Shown: piece after piece, positions 1 to 6,862 of the stretch
Layout of the letters: every line of letters begins with the position of its first letter
Numbering within the stretch: the first letter of the stretch is position 1
Source of the DNA: a virus
Lineage: Duplodnaviria; Heunggongvirae; Uroviricota; Caudoviricetes
Virus record (IMG/VR): IMGVR_UViG_2534681831_000033
Coordinates: 1 to 11,611 of that record
Reading direction: 5' to 3' (one strand)
DNA: 11,611 nucleotides
Position numbers and translations under genes: made by a program
Notes under the pieces: model-generated
Databases searched by the model: none
What the model was told of the DNA's origin: nothing
The model's input: the letters and a program-made list of their open reading frames with translations, nothing else

Positions 1-284
1 GAGCCGCACTCGGAGAAGTTGCGTCCATTTTCAGGGGAATGGGGTAAAAACCATCAGTGATATGCAGTATCAATCGATAAGATCCATTTAATTGACGGCG
101 GTGCACTCATGGCACGCAGGCAGTGTTGAATAAACATCCGTTTTTGGGTGTTTTTTTAATCTTTTTGGGATTTAAATTCCTATCGATCAAGAAATGAAAA
201 AAGGCCACGCAGTTGCGCAGCCTGATAAACCCTGGTTAAAATCCACACGATAACAACACAACAATATCAGTATCTCATGCTATT

Positions 285-310
285 GCCCGAACCCATTCGG
301 GCATTTTTTA
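285..310 (+). terminator. Rho-independent terminator-like hairpin: 7-bp stem GCCCGAA / TTCGGGC, 4-nt loop, followed by ATTTTTTA
   Basis: Perfect inverted repeat at 285-291 / 296-302 followed directly by a T-run on the + strand. Confidence 0.5.
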
Positions 311-315
311 CCCAT

Positions 316-339
316 AAAAAAGCCCCTCCGGAGAGGGGC
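316..339 (-). terminator. Rho-independent terminator-like hairpin for leftward transcripts: stem GCCCCTC / GAGGGGC, loop CGGA, then T6 on the - strand
   Basis: Perfect 7-bp inverted repeat at 322-328 / 333-339; the A6 run at 316-321 is a U-tract on the - strand. Sits downstream of all - strand genes in the window. Confidence 0.5.
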
Positions 340-670
340 ATGTTTGCATGCACATTCTTTTTCTTGCATGGTGCCGGGTGCCTCCCGGTGAATTCAGTAT
401 CAGCACCTGAATCCGCGATTATCACATATACCTGGTTGCTGATTGCCCCTCCGCACAGGGGGATTCACCATGCAGTAGTATTTTTAATAAACAGCAAATA
501 AAAAAATCAAGCATTATGCAGGCTGTTTCTTTTTATCACCGGCTACAGCAATACCACAATGCCGCAGACCAGCACCCCATCCGCCAGCACCGACATGATT
601 CTGCTGGTGAAATCCACCATCACCACCAGAAACAGCAGGAGTGCAGCCACAGCCAGGCGCAGTTTTACCG

Positions 671-1011
671 TCACTGGTGATTCTCCAGACGAAGACCCAG
701 AACACCGGCAATCTCTTCCAGCACCTTGCGCTCTTCCGGCTCAATTATTTCTGACGTAAACGCGGACAGCGCAGGCTGATTACGCAGTACCTGTTCGATC
801 TTCGATTTCTAGGAAGCCTCACATTCACCATCTGCACAGGCCACCAGGTAGGCAGCATTAATAACCGCCTGTGCCACATCGCGTTTCTCAAACTTTCCTT
901 TTTCCGGTTAACGTGACACACCAATAACTCTTGTCGAAAAAGCCAGCAAGCTGAAAGACCGGTATTCACCGCCGCCAGCGCGTTTACTGTACTGACGCGA
1001 TTTTCGGACAT
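671..1011 (-). pseudogene. Decayed TerB-like (tellurite-resistance TerB domain) gene; reading switches between three frames and has an in-frame TAG
   Basis: - strand translation gives MSENRVSTVNALAAVNTGLSA in one frame, GFFDK in a second, and KFEKRDVAQAVINAAYLVACADGECEAS*KSKIEQVLRNQPALSAFTSEIIEPEERKVLEEIAGVLGLRLENHQ in a third. The ADG...E pattern resembles TerB from memory. Frame changes fall near A-runs. Confidence 0.45.
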
Positions 1012-1088
1012 AAAAAAAACGCCTGGCGGCAGTTTTTTTCTTACTTTGCCATCGCGTACAAAATAGGCAAAATATCAGATTTATACGA

Positions 1089-1117
1089 AACATACGCGAT
1101 TTAATTGACTTTTGCAA
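1089..1117 (-). promoter_or_regulatory. Sigma70-like promoter (-35 TTGCAA, 17-bp spacer, -10 TATGTT) overlapping the stop codon of the upstream 229-aa gene; a pR'-like position
   Basis: Hexamers read on the - strand: TTGCAA at 1117..1112 and TATGTT at 1094..1089. Followed at 1012-1040 by A7-GC-rich-T8 ending at the next start codon. Confidence 0.3.
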
Positions 1118-1790
1118 TATCTCGTCGTGAAAAGGTCGCTTTTTGTTGCGCTCTTATTTTCACGGAGCAAATCAAGGATTCTCTATCGAGGCGCTTAAAA
1201 ATATCGCACATCTCACGCCAGTAGTTCGCATAATTATGGCTCCAGTTATCAGGCTTAACTCCACACAGTCTGGCAAGCTCCTGTCTCTGGTAGACCTCAC
1301 ACCCGGTAACCCATCCTCTGACATCCTGTGCCGCCAGCCAGATCAACTTCTTCACACGCTCCAGCGTTTTCACTGCAATTTTTCTGGTACCAGACTGAGT
1401 TTTAAATTCATTCCACACCCACTGCGTTATCGCGATCTGATGCTCCCAGCAAATGTTTCCGCCATAACACCACAACAACCACGCCTTCTGATGTTCTTCC
1501 AGTTCCAGAAGGGTACGCCGCCACGATGATGTTGCAAACTCAACAGGACTGACCAGGGCAATTGATGAGCCTTTCGCCAGTGATTGTTTACCCGGGATTG
1601 GGGGATTATCCCGCGTGATCATTTTTCCGGTTACCTCATCGCGGTAACGAATTTTTTTGCGTCTGTAACGCCCTGTATCGAACAGGGCATTTTCCTGCCA
1701 GGCTTCCAGTTGACCTTTTGTCGCCCCACTGAGATCCGCAGTGGCAATCATGAGTTGCTCACGAACAAACTGTAAATACTGGTTATTCAT
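1101..1790 (-). CDS. Phage early/regulatory protein, 229 aa; possibly a phage-82-type Q antiterminator-family protein (assignment uncertain)
   Basis: Long ORF in the track (1101..1796, GTG at 1796). First ATG at 1790 (MNNQYLQF...) is preceded by GAGGTGGGG. Trp-rich, no Walker motifs. Position after the replication genes and before a promoter-like element fits a Q-like role. Confidence 0.5.
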   Translation of the reverse strand: MNNQYLQFVREQLMIATADLSGATKGQLEAWQENALFDTGRYRRKKIRYRDEVTGKMITRDNPPIPGKQSLAKGSSIALVSPVEFATSSWRRTLLELEEHQKAWLLWCYGGNICWEHQIAITQWVWNEFKTQSGTRKIAVKTLERVKKLIWLAAQDVRGWVTGCEVYQRQELARLCGVKPDNWSHNYANYWREMCDIFKRLDRESLICSVKIRAQQKATFSRRDIAKVN

Positions 1791-1874
1791 GCACACCCCA
1801 CCTCTGTAATTTTTATCTCCAGCCGTCCACCAGATACTGGCTTGCCACGTACAATATTGATTTCATCAAACTGC

Positions 1875-2123
1875 TCAAGAGAGTTTTTTGCGGGCATTTT
1901 GCCAGTCCTTTCGTGCCTGTTCAGACGGGAATAACCCGTAGCCGGAGTTGTATACATAACCACTGGCAACCAGCTCTCTGGCAAGAATGCTCATCAGATA
2001 TCTTGTCGCACCTGTTTTAGCTTCCAACTGTCGTAATGTCTCGCGACCGCTCTGGCGCACAAGTTCGACCACCTGCTCTTTAATTTTTTTCCCGCTCTTC
2101 CTGTGTAAAAACTTTTGCCACAA
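1875..2123 (-). CDS. Hypothetical 82-aa protein, possibly a small helix-turn-helix protein
   Basis: ORF track entry with a TTG start at 2123, preceded by a strong AAGGAGG. Sequence has a helical HTH-like segment TLRQLEAKTGATRYLMSILARELV. Confidence 0.4.
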   Translation of the reverse strand: MWQKFLHRKSGKKIKEQVVELVRQSGRETLRQLEAKTGATRYLMSILARELVASGYVYNSGYGLFPSEQARKDWQNARKKLS

Positions 2124-2161
2124 GTCCTCCTTAAAATTACCTCATGACCTGAAATCAACAC

Positions 2162-3127
2162 TTATCCCCTGAAACCAGGCGGAATTTCTGTATCCGGTTC
2201 AGAAATATGATTCACACAACGCTGTACAGGTGAACGTCCCAAGCGGATGACCAGTTCGTCCCATTTTTCGCGGAGTTTTGACGGGCTCATGATGTTTTTT
2301 ACCCAGAATGGATCTCGCTGTACCCGACCAAACATTTCGCAAATTTGTCTGTGGCTTCTGCCATCCAGCATCCGCATTGTGCGCACGTCATTGGCCCAGG
2401 CTGTCCAGTTAGGCTCTTTTGGTCGCATGATCTCTCCATCGTCGCTGGCAGCCTGTTCGTAAAGGTTCACGATCCGCCCCCAAATCCACTGCGCACACGC
2501 CAAATCCTCCCTGCTACCCCACTGGCGTTTTTTCGCACTAAACACAACCGCGTCGGGGTTCCGGATTAAAAAATCCTGTTCAGCGGTCTGCGGGTCCGGT
2601 TGCGAAGCTTCCGGACGAAAAGTGTTTTTATTCTCTGTAGTAATCTCTGTTGTATTCTCTGTAAGATCATCAGGCCATTTTGACCCGATGACATTGGGTC
2701 GTTTTGAACCAATGGAGCGTTTCATTTTGACCTCTTCCATCGTGTCATTTTGACCTGATGGAGCGGCGCATTTTGAACCGATGGATTCGTTCAATTTGCC
2801 ACCATCTAAAAGCTCGTTCCCATAGTTGATCGTGTAGAAATTGGTCATATCGCGCTTTGATTTATTGAGCTTTTCACAACGCAAAAGCCCCAGCGTTTTC
2901 AGACTTGCAAACGCGCGCTTTAACGTTGACTCTGACCAGAATGGGAACTGTTCCAGCCATTGTTCCGTTGTGTTGTAAATCCAGCGAACACCATCACATT
3001 CCATGCCGGAATTGGTATCTCTCAACCAGTAATGCAACTGCTGCAACACAATGGCTTCATTTAAGCCAATCTTCATCGCAAGCTGTGTGTTTATAACCAG
3101 TGGGCGTTCAGCAAAAAGAAGGCTCAT
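2162..3127 (-). CDS. Phage replication initiator (lambda O-like replisome organizer) with an N-terminal DNA-binding domain, an iteron-encoded linker and a C-terminal domain
   Basis: ORF 2162..3181 (TTG at 3181). The first ATG is at 3127 (MSLLFAERPLVINTQLAMKIGLNEAIVLQQLHYWL...). Repeated SIGSK peptide motifs are encoded by DNA iterons at 2676-2806, as in lambda O. Alternative start ATG at 3076. Confidence 0.75.
   Translation of the reverse strand: MSLLFAERPLVINTQLAMKIGLNEAIVLQQLHYWLRDTNSGMECDGVRWIYNTTEQWLEQFPFWSESTLKRAFASLKTLGLLRCEKLNKSKRDMTNFYTINYGNELLDGGKLNESIGSKCAAPSGQNDTMEEVKMKRSIGSKRPNVIGSKWPDDLTENTTEITTENKNTFRPEASQPDPQTAEQDFLIRNPDAVVFSAKKRQWGSREDLACAQWIWGRIVNLYEQAASDDGEIMRPKEPNWTAWANDVRTMRMLDGRSHRQICEMFGRVQRDPFWVKNIMSPSKLREKWDELVIRLGRSPVQRCVNHISEPDTEIPPGFRG
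2676..2806. repeat. Six direct iterons (consensus CATTTTGA(A/C)C-n-GATGG, about 23-bp period) within the initiator gene; putative prophage origin of replication
   Basis: Repeat units start at 2676, 2701, 2723, 2746, 2769 and 2792. Flanked at 2620-2665 by an AT-rich segment with three TCTCTGT(A/T) repeats. Confidence 0.7.
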
Positions 3128-3397
3128 AATTCCATCCAGCTTTTTGTTGGTATTGCTGTCGATACGCAAGTTTGAAAGCAATTGCTTTTTCTATAAGTTC
3201 GTCAGTTTCACGATCCACTACGGCAGGATCAGCAAAAAGCAGTCCGGACTCCACCACATCGCCATATTCTTTGTTTAACCCGGCGATCATGTACGTGATG
3301 CTTTTTCCGTCACTAATTTCACGATACAACCTGAAATCATTAATCCGGATAGCCTCCATAATTGCAGGCACTAGCGCCGTGAACTTTTCACGCTTAT
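3108..3397 (-). pseudogene. C-terminal fragment of a YdaT-family (cII-position) gene separated from its N-terminus by the IS insertion
   Basis: After removing the IS and one TAT copy, the - strand frame from 4942 continues in frame through 3397 to the stop at 3108, giving ...KIFERWKAIDTRD|KREKFTALVPAIMEAIRINDF... (about 173 aa). Confidence 0.6.
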
Positions 3398-3451
3398 TGA
3401 ACCGCCCCGGAAATCCTGGAGACTAAACTCCCTGAGAAAGAGGTAAACAGG

Positions 3452-3778
3452 ATGACTAAAAATACTCGTTTTTCCCCCGAAGTCCGTCAGCGGGCGATTC
3501 GTATGGTTCTGGAAAGTCAGGATGAATATGACTCACAGTGGGCGGCAATTTGTTCCATTGCCCCAAAGATTGGCTGTACGCCGGAGACTCTGCGTGTCTG
3601 GGTTCGCCAGCATGAGCGGGATACCGGGGGCGGTGATGGTGGGCTCACCAGCGCTGAACGTCAGCGTCTGAAAGAGCTGGAACGTGAAAATCGTGAACTG
3701 CGCCGCAGTAACGATATCCTTCGCCAGGCTTCCGCTTATTTTGCGAAGGCGGAGTTCGACCGCCTCTGGAAAAAATGA
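3452..3778 (+). CDS. IS3-family transposase OrfA (HTH DNA-binding subunit)
   Basis: 108-aa [26 protein letters not shown]... ending at the A6 run 3770-3775 where orfB begins in the -1 frame. Confidence 0.85.
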   Translation: MTKNTRFSPEVRQRAIRMVLESQDEYDSQWAAICSIAPKIGCTPETLRVWVRQHERDTGGGDGGLTSAERQRLKELERENRELRRSNDILRQASAYFAKAEFDRLWKK

Positions 3779-4665
3779 TGCCACTGCTGGATAAGCTGCG
3801 TGAGCAGTACGGGGTCGGACCGGTATGCAGCGAACTGCATATTGCCCCGTCAACGTATTACCATTGTCAGCAACAGCGACATCATCCGGATAAACGCAGT
3901 GCCCGTGCGCAGCACGACGACTGGCTGAAGAGAGAGATACAGCGCGTATACGATGAAAATCATCAGGTGTACGGTGTGCGTAAAGTCTGGCGTCAGTTGT
4001 TACGGGAAGGAATCAGGGTGGCCAGATGTACAGTGGCACGTCTCATGGCGGTTATGGGACTTGCCGGTGTTCTCCGGGGTAAAAAGGTCCGTACGACCAT
4101 CAGCCGGAAAGCCGTTGCCGCAGGCGACCGCGTAAACCGTCAGTTCGTGGCAGAACGACCTGACCAGCTGTGGGTGGCTGATTTTACTTACGTCAGCACA
4201 TGGCAGGGCTTCGTCTATGTGGCGTTTATCATTGATGTGTTTGCCGGATACATCGTGGGGTGGCGGGTCTCATCGTCTATGGAAACGACATTCGTGCTGG
4301 ATGCGCTGGAGCAGGCGTTGTGGGCCCGTCGTCCGTCTGGCACCATCCATCACAGCGATAAAGGCTCTCAGTATGTGTCACTGGCCTATACGGAGCGACT
4401 AAAAGAAGCCGGATTACTGGCATCAACAGGGAGTACAGGCGACTCGTATGACAACGCGATGGCTGAGAGCATCAATGGTCTTTACAAAGCGGAGGTAATA
4501 CACCGTAAGAGCTGGAAAAACCGTGCAGAAGTGGAACTGGCCACACTAACGTGGGTGGACTGGTATAACAATCGACGATTGCTGGGAAGGCTGGGCCATA
4601 CTCCTCCGGCAGAAGCAGAAAAAGCTTATTATGCTTCCATCGGAAACGATGATCTGGCAGCCTGA
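3775..4665 (+). CDS. IS3-family transposase OrfB (DDE catalytic domain), normally expressed as an OrfAB fusion by -1 frameshifting
   Basis: 296-aa ORF with an rve-type DDE region (WVADFTYV...HSDKGSQY...DNAMAES). Overlaps orfA in the -1 frame. Confidence 0.85.
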   Translation: MMPLLDKLREQYGVGPVCSELHIAPSTYYHCQQQRHHPDKRSARAQHDDWLKREIQRVYDENHQVYGVRKVWRQLLREGIRVARCTVARLMAVMGLAGVLRGKKVRTTISRKAVAAGDRVNRQFVAERPDQLWVADFTYVSTWQGFVYVAFIIDVFAGYIVGWRVSSSMETTFVLDALEQALWARRPSGTIHHSDKGSQYVSLAYTERLKEAGLLASTGSTGDSYDNAMAESINGLYKAEVIHRKSWKNRAEVELATLTWVDWYNNRRLLGRLGHTPPAEAEKAYYASIGNDDLAA

Positions 4666-4707
4666 GTTCACAGATAAAACACTCTCCAGGAAACCCGGGG
4701 CGGTTCA

Positions 4708-4942
4708 TATCCCTAGTGTCGATAGCCTTCCAGCGTTCGAATATCTTCACTCGATTAACGCCAAGCGCTCGCTGATCAACCGCGCCACCTTCATCTGTGA
4801 CACGCTGAACATCGATGTTCGGGCGCTCTTTCAAAGCCCAGAATGATTCAGTGATTAATATCGTCGCCTGCTCCTGTGTCATTCCTGGTCGACATATCCA
4901 GGCATCCAGAGCCTCACGAGCCTGTTCAGGAGTGATTTTCAT
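4708..4942 (-). pseudogene. N-terminal fragment of the IS-disrupted YdaT-family gene
   Basis: ATG at 4942 (MKITPEQAREALDAWICRPG...). The track ORF 4472..4942 reads through into the IS, so residues after about 78 are IS-derived. Confidence 0.6.
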
Positions 4943-5153
4943 TGTTCAACCGCCCCGCCCGCTTCGTCTTACGATATTCGTCATAAACCTTGGGATCATA
5001 CAGAAGCTCGCCGCCAGATGCCTCCTGTAGACGCATCGCGCGACCTTCAGGAACCAGCTCTTGCCATTGAGAAACAGCAGATGGGTCAACGCCAGCAGCT
5101 TTCGCTACTTTGGCTTTCGTACCGTAAAAATTAATTACGTCTGATTTAAACAT
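4926..5153 (-). CDS. Cro-like small regulator of the DicC/YdaS family
   Basis: Track ORF 4926..5180. The second ATG at 5153 (MFKSDVINFYG...) is preceded by GGAGGTGCG and gives 75 aa. Divergent from the repressor gene. C-terminus PEGRAMRLQEASGGEL...YRKTKRAGRLNNENHS. Confidence 0.75.
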   Translation of the reverse strand: MFKSDVINFYGTKAKVAKAAGVDPSAVSQWQELVPEGRAMRLQEASGGELLYDPKVYDEYRKTKRAGRLNNENHS

Positions 5154-5230
5154 CGCACCTCCAATATTGAGTTTTCTCAAAGCTAATCACTCAAGGAATC
5201 TCAAGTCAAGGGTTATTAAGATATCTAAAT
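5154..5230. promoter_or_regulatory. Divergent promoter/operator region between the Cro-like and repressor genes
   Basis: Inverted repeat TTGAG-TTTT-CTCAA at 5167-5180. Direct CTCAAG / TCAAGG repeats at 5190-5211. A TTGACT hexamer on the - strand. Confidence 0.5.
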
Positions 5231-5638
5231 ATGAACGAGAAAACTTTAGGTCAACGCATTAGAGAAAGACGTAAGCAGGTAGGCTTAAGTCAAAACGGTT
5301 TAAGCAAAGCTGCTGGCGTATCTGGCTCATCAATTTCATTATGGGAAAGTGACCATACAGCCCCGCGTGGGCAAAATTTGCATCGCCTCGCCGAGGTATT
5401 GCAATGTTCACCAACCTGGATACTGTTTGGCGACGAGGACAAAACACCAGCTCCCCCTGTTTCACTCGATAGTGCCTTAGACTTATCGGAAGATGAGTTA
5501 GAGATGCTGCGTTTGTATCGCGCACTTCCTAAATCAGAGCAACAAGCACAACTCAGCGAACTCCGCGCCCGCGTTGAGAATTTTAATCGCCTGTTCACCG
5601 AGCTATTAGAGGCTCGCAAACGCAACAAGCATCAATAA
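5231..5638 (+). CDS. DicA-family HTH (XRE-type) prophage repressor, 135 aa
   Basis: N-terminal HTH (LSQNGLSKAAGVSGSSISLWE). C-terminal LQCSPTWILFGDEDK...ALPKSEQQAQLSELRARVENFNRLF resembles DicA of the K-12 Qin prophage from memory. Confidence 0.85.
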   Translation: MNEKTLGQRIRERRKQVGLSQNGLSKAAGVSGSSISLWESDHTAPRGQNLHRLAEVLQCSPTWILFGDEDKTPAPPVSLDSALDLSEDELEMLRLYRALPKSEQQAQLSELRARVENFNRLFTELLEARKRNKHQ

Positions 5639-5702
5639 TCATCCCTTCACAAAATTTTAAAGCCTTACATTTCAATGTATTGGCTTTATCTTGCGCCAAT
5701 AC

Positions 5703-5754
5703 TTGAGTTTTCTCATCAAAAAACCTTGACGAAAAATAATGAGAAAACTAAATT
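5703..5754 (+). promoter_or_regulatory. Putative repressor-controlled promoter for the downstream operon: operator-like 13-mer plus -35 TTGACG, 17-bp spacer, -10 TAAATT
   Basis: TTGAGTTTTCTCA at 5703-5715 is identical to the 13-mer at 5167-5179. TTGACG at 5726-5731 and TAAATT at 5749-5754. Confidence 0.5.
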
Positions 5755-5830
5755 ACCTCCATCAACACACCGCACGGTGTTCTCAGCAAACAGTTCCGCC
5801 ACCCCGGCGTTAAGGGGAAATGAGGTCAGC

Positions 5831-5983
5831 ATGGATACTATCGATCTTGGCAACAGCGAATCTCTGGTATGTGGCGTGTTCCCCAACCAGGACGGTACGT
5901 TCACCGCGATGACATATACCAAAAGCAAAACGTTTAAAACCGAATCTGGCGCGCGTTGCTGGTTAGCCAGAAACACTGACTGA
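5831..5983 (+). CDS. Small 50-aa protein, ydfA-like (first gene of the dicB-type operon)
   Basis: ATG at 5831 preceded by GAGG (MDTIDLGNSESLVCGVFPNQDGTF...). The track ORF 5675..5983 has a longer, unlikely N-terminus. Confidence 0.65.
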   Translation: MDTIDLGNSESLVCGVFPNQDGTFTAMTYTKSKTFKTESGARCWLARNTD

Positions 5984-5994
5984 TGAGGCTGACG

Positions 5995-6360
5995 ATGGAA
6001 TTTAAAGATTTACCGTCTGATGTACAGAAAACAGCAGCTCATACATTGCATTCTGTGCTGCGAGAAATCGGGAAAGATATTGCAAGCGAGCCAGCAAAAG
6101 ATCTGGCCCGGAAAATCAAGACCGCTTTCGTTGAGCTTTATAATGTTGGCACTGACTCTGAAACTGTCGAGACCAAGACCGTAAGTTCACCAATATTCTC
6201 ACTTGAGCCAGGCGTATTAGCAGGTGAAATGTGCACCGAGATTTCCAGCGAACTGCTTCCGGTAATACGAGAAGCAATTTGCCGTCGCGGTTTGGATGGA
6301 AGTTACGATCATGACGTCCTGCAAGTTCTCAGGACAATGGTGACTTCACTGGGGATTTGA
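5995..6360 (+). CDS. Hypothetical 121-aa protein
   Basis: ATG at 5995 preceded by GAGG (MEFKDLPSDVQK...). The ATG at 5983 overlaps the upstream stop but lacks a ribosome-binding site. Occupies the K-12 ydfB/ydfC position; no recognisable domain. Confidence 0.55.
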   Translation: MEFKDLPSDVQKTAAHTLHSVLREIGKDIASEPAKDLARKIKTAFVELYNVGTDSETVETKTVSSPIFSLEPGVLAGEMCTEISSELLPVIREAICRRGLDGSYDHDVLQVLRTMVTSLGI

Positions 6361-6529
6361 TCCCTGCGTCCTCTAACCTTTTGATATAGCGGTCCTCCAA
6401 GAAGCGGTAAATTTTGTCGAAATCATCTTTCCCCTCTGGTTTATTCAGAGGATTACAGGACCCGTAAGTAGCGGCATACATTTCAACCGTTTTATCAAAA
6501 ATATAAGAGACAAATTCTTCTTTAGTCAT
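6329..6529 (-). CDS. Hypothetical 66-aa acidic protein encoded antisense to the dicB-type operon
   Basis: ATG at 6529 preceded by AAGAAGGAA (MTKEEFVSYIFDKTVEMYAATYG...). AT-rich codon usage. 3' end overlaps the 121-aa gene by 32 bp, convergently. Confidence 0.5.
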   Translation of the reverse strand: MTKEEFVSYIFDKTVEMYAATYGSCNPLNKPEGKDDFDKIYRFLEDRYIKRLEDAGIKSPVKSPLS

Positions 6530-6596
6530 ATAGATTTCCTTCTTGGTTATTCGGAATAAGAAGGATACCACCTCGCCTGACGTGGTTAAAAGCAGG

Positions 6597-6779
6597 CACA
6601 CAACACGAAAGCGCACGGCGAAGTTCGTCTCACTGTACGGTGTCGTTAAATTTAATTCGACCGTGCGCTTCCGGTTGTGGCAACCCGCGAAATGGCGCGG
6701 CGGTAAGTATGGCGGGGTTATTCCTTCCCCGTTGAGGACACCGGGTTGTCAGGTTGACCATACGCTTAAGTGACAACCC
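6597..6779 (+). promoter_or_regulatory. Highly structured untranslated leader upstream of dicF: a long imperfect hairpin (about 6599-6618 with 6661-6680) and a 9-bp stem (6743-6751 with 6771-6779)
   Basis: CACAACACGAAAGCGCACGG pairs with CCGTGCGCTTCCGGTTGTGG. GGGTTGTCA pairs with TGACAACCC. No credible ORF on either strand. Likely processing or structural elements of the DicF precursor. Confidence 0.45.
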
Positions 6780-6804
6780 CGCTGCAACGCCCTCTGTTAT
6801 CAAT

Positions 6805-6862
6805 TTTCTGGTGACGTTTGGCGGTATCAGTTTTACTCCGTGACTGCTCTGCCGCCGTTTTT
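6805..6862 (+). ncRNA. dicF: DicF small RNA (ftsZ-targeting sRNA of Qin-type prophages), including its intrinsic terminator
   Basis: TTTCTGGTGACGTTTGGCGGTATCAGTTTTACTCCGTGACTGCTCUGCCGCC followed by a T-run matches my memory of the 53-nt DicF. Lies between the ydfA-like genes and dicB, as in K-12. Confidence 0.8.

Larger units (their letters stand above)
3398..4707 (+). mobile_element. IS3-family insertion sequence, IS629/IS1203-type, 1310 bp, with imperfect terminal inverted repeats and a 3-bp TAT target-site duplication
   Basis: Left end TGAACCGCCCCGG... at 3398 and right end ...CCGGGGCGGTTCA at 4707 are inverted repeats. TAT at 3395-3397 and 4708-4710. Contains orfA/orfB with a -1 overlap at an A6 run. 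OrfA/OrfB sequences match my memory of IS629. Confidence 0.85.

Noticed and set aside
1-280. Possible tRNA or sRNA at the left edge ahead of the 285-310 terminator
   Set aside because: No T-loop (GGTTCGA-like) or cloverleaf-compatible segments found by eye. An sRNA ending at the terminator cannot be excluded but has no positive evidence.
277-501. 74-aa + strand ORF from the track
   Set aside because: It overlaps three GC-rich hairpins and terminator-like elements, has no ribosome-binding site, and its composition is odd. More likely non-coding intergenic sequence.
514-759. ORFs 514..744 (-) and 559..759 (+)
   Set aside because: Gly/Ala/Trp-rich or Ser/Thr-rich translations typical of out-of-frame or antisense reads; they overlap the TerB-like pseudogene tail and the short hydrophobic ORF.
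1012-1040. A7-GC-T8 element as a strong intrinsic terminator
   Set aside because: The GC-rich core (CTGCCGCCAGGCG) is not self-complementary enough for a stable stem, so it is kept only as a low-confidence part of the pR'-like finding.
1143-1529. 128-aa + strand ORF
   Set aside because: Fully antisense to the better-supported 229-aa - strand gene; no ribosome-binding site.
1787-1984. 65-aa - strand ORF
   Set aside because: Overlaps the 82-aa ORF (1875..2123), which has a strong ribosome-binding site, in another frame. Likely spurious.
2676-2806. Possible CRISPR array, because of regularly spaced direct repeats
   Set aside because: Repeats are only about 15 bp with a 23-bp period, are degenerate, lie inside a coding sequence and encode repeated peptide motifs. 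Consistent with origin iterons, not CRISPR.
3953-4402. Small + strand ORFs 3953..4135 and 4217..4402
   Set aside because: Lie inside the IS transposase orfB in alternative frames.
5259-5628. - strand ORFs 5259..5525 and 5290..5628
   Set aside because: Antisense shadows within the DicA-family repressor gene.
6543-6773. 76-aa + strand ORF
   Set aside because: Arg/Lys-rich translation across a region dominated by long RNA hairpins upstream of dicF; no ribosome-binding site. Interpreted as structured non-coding leader.
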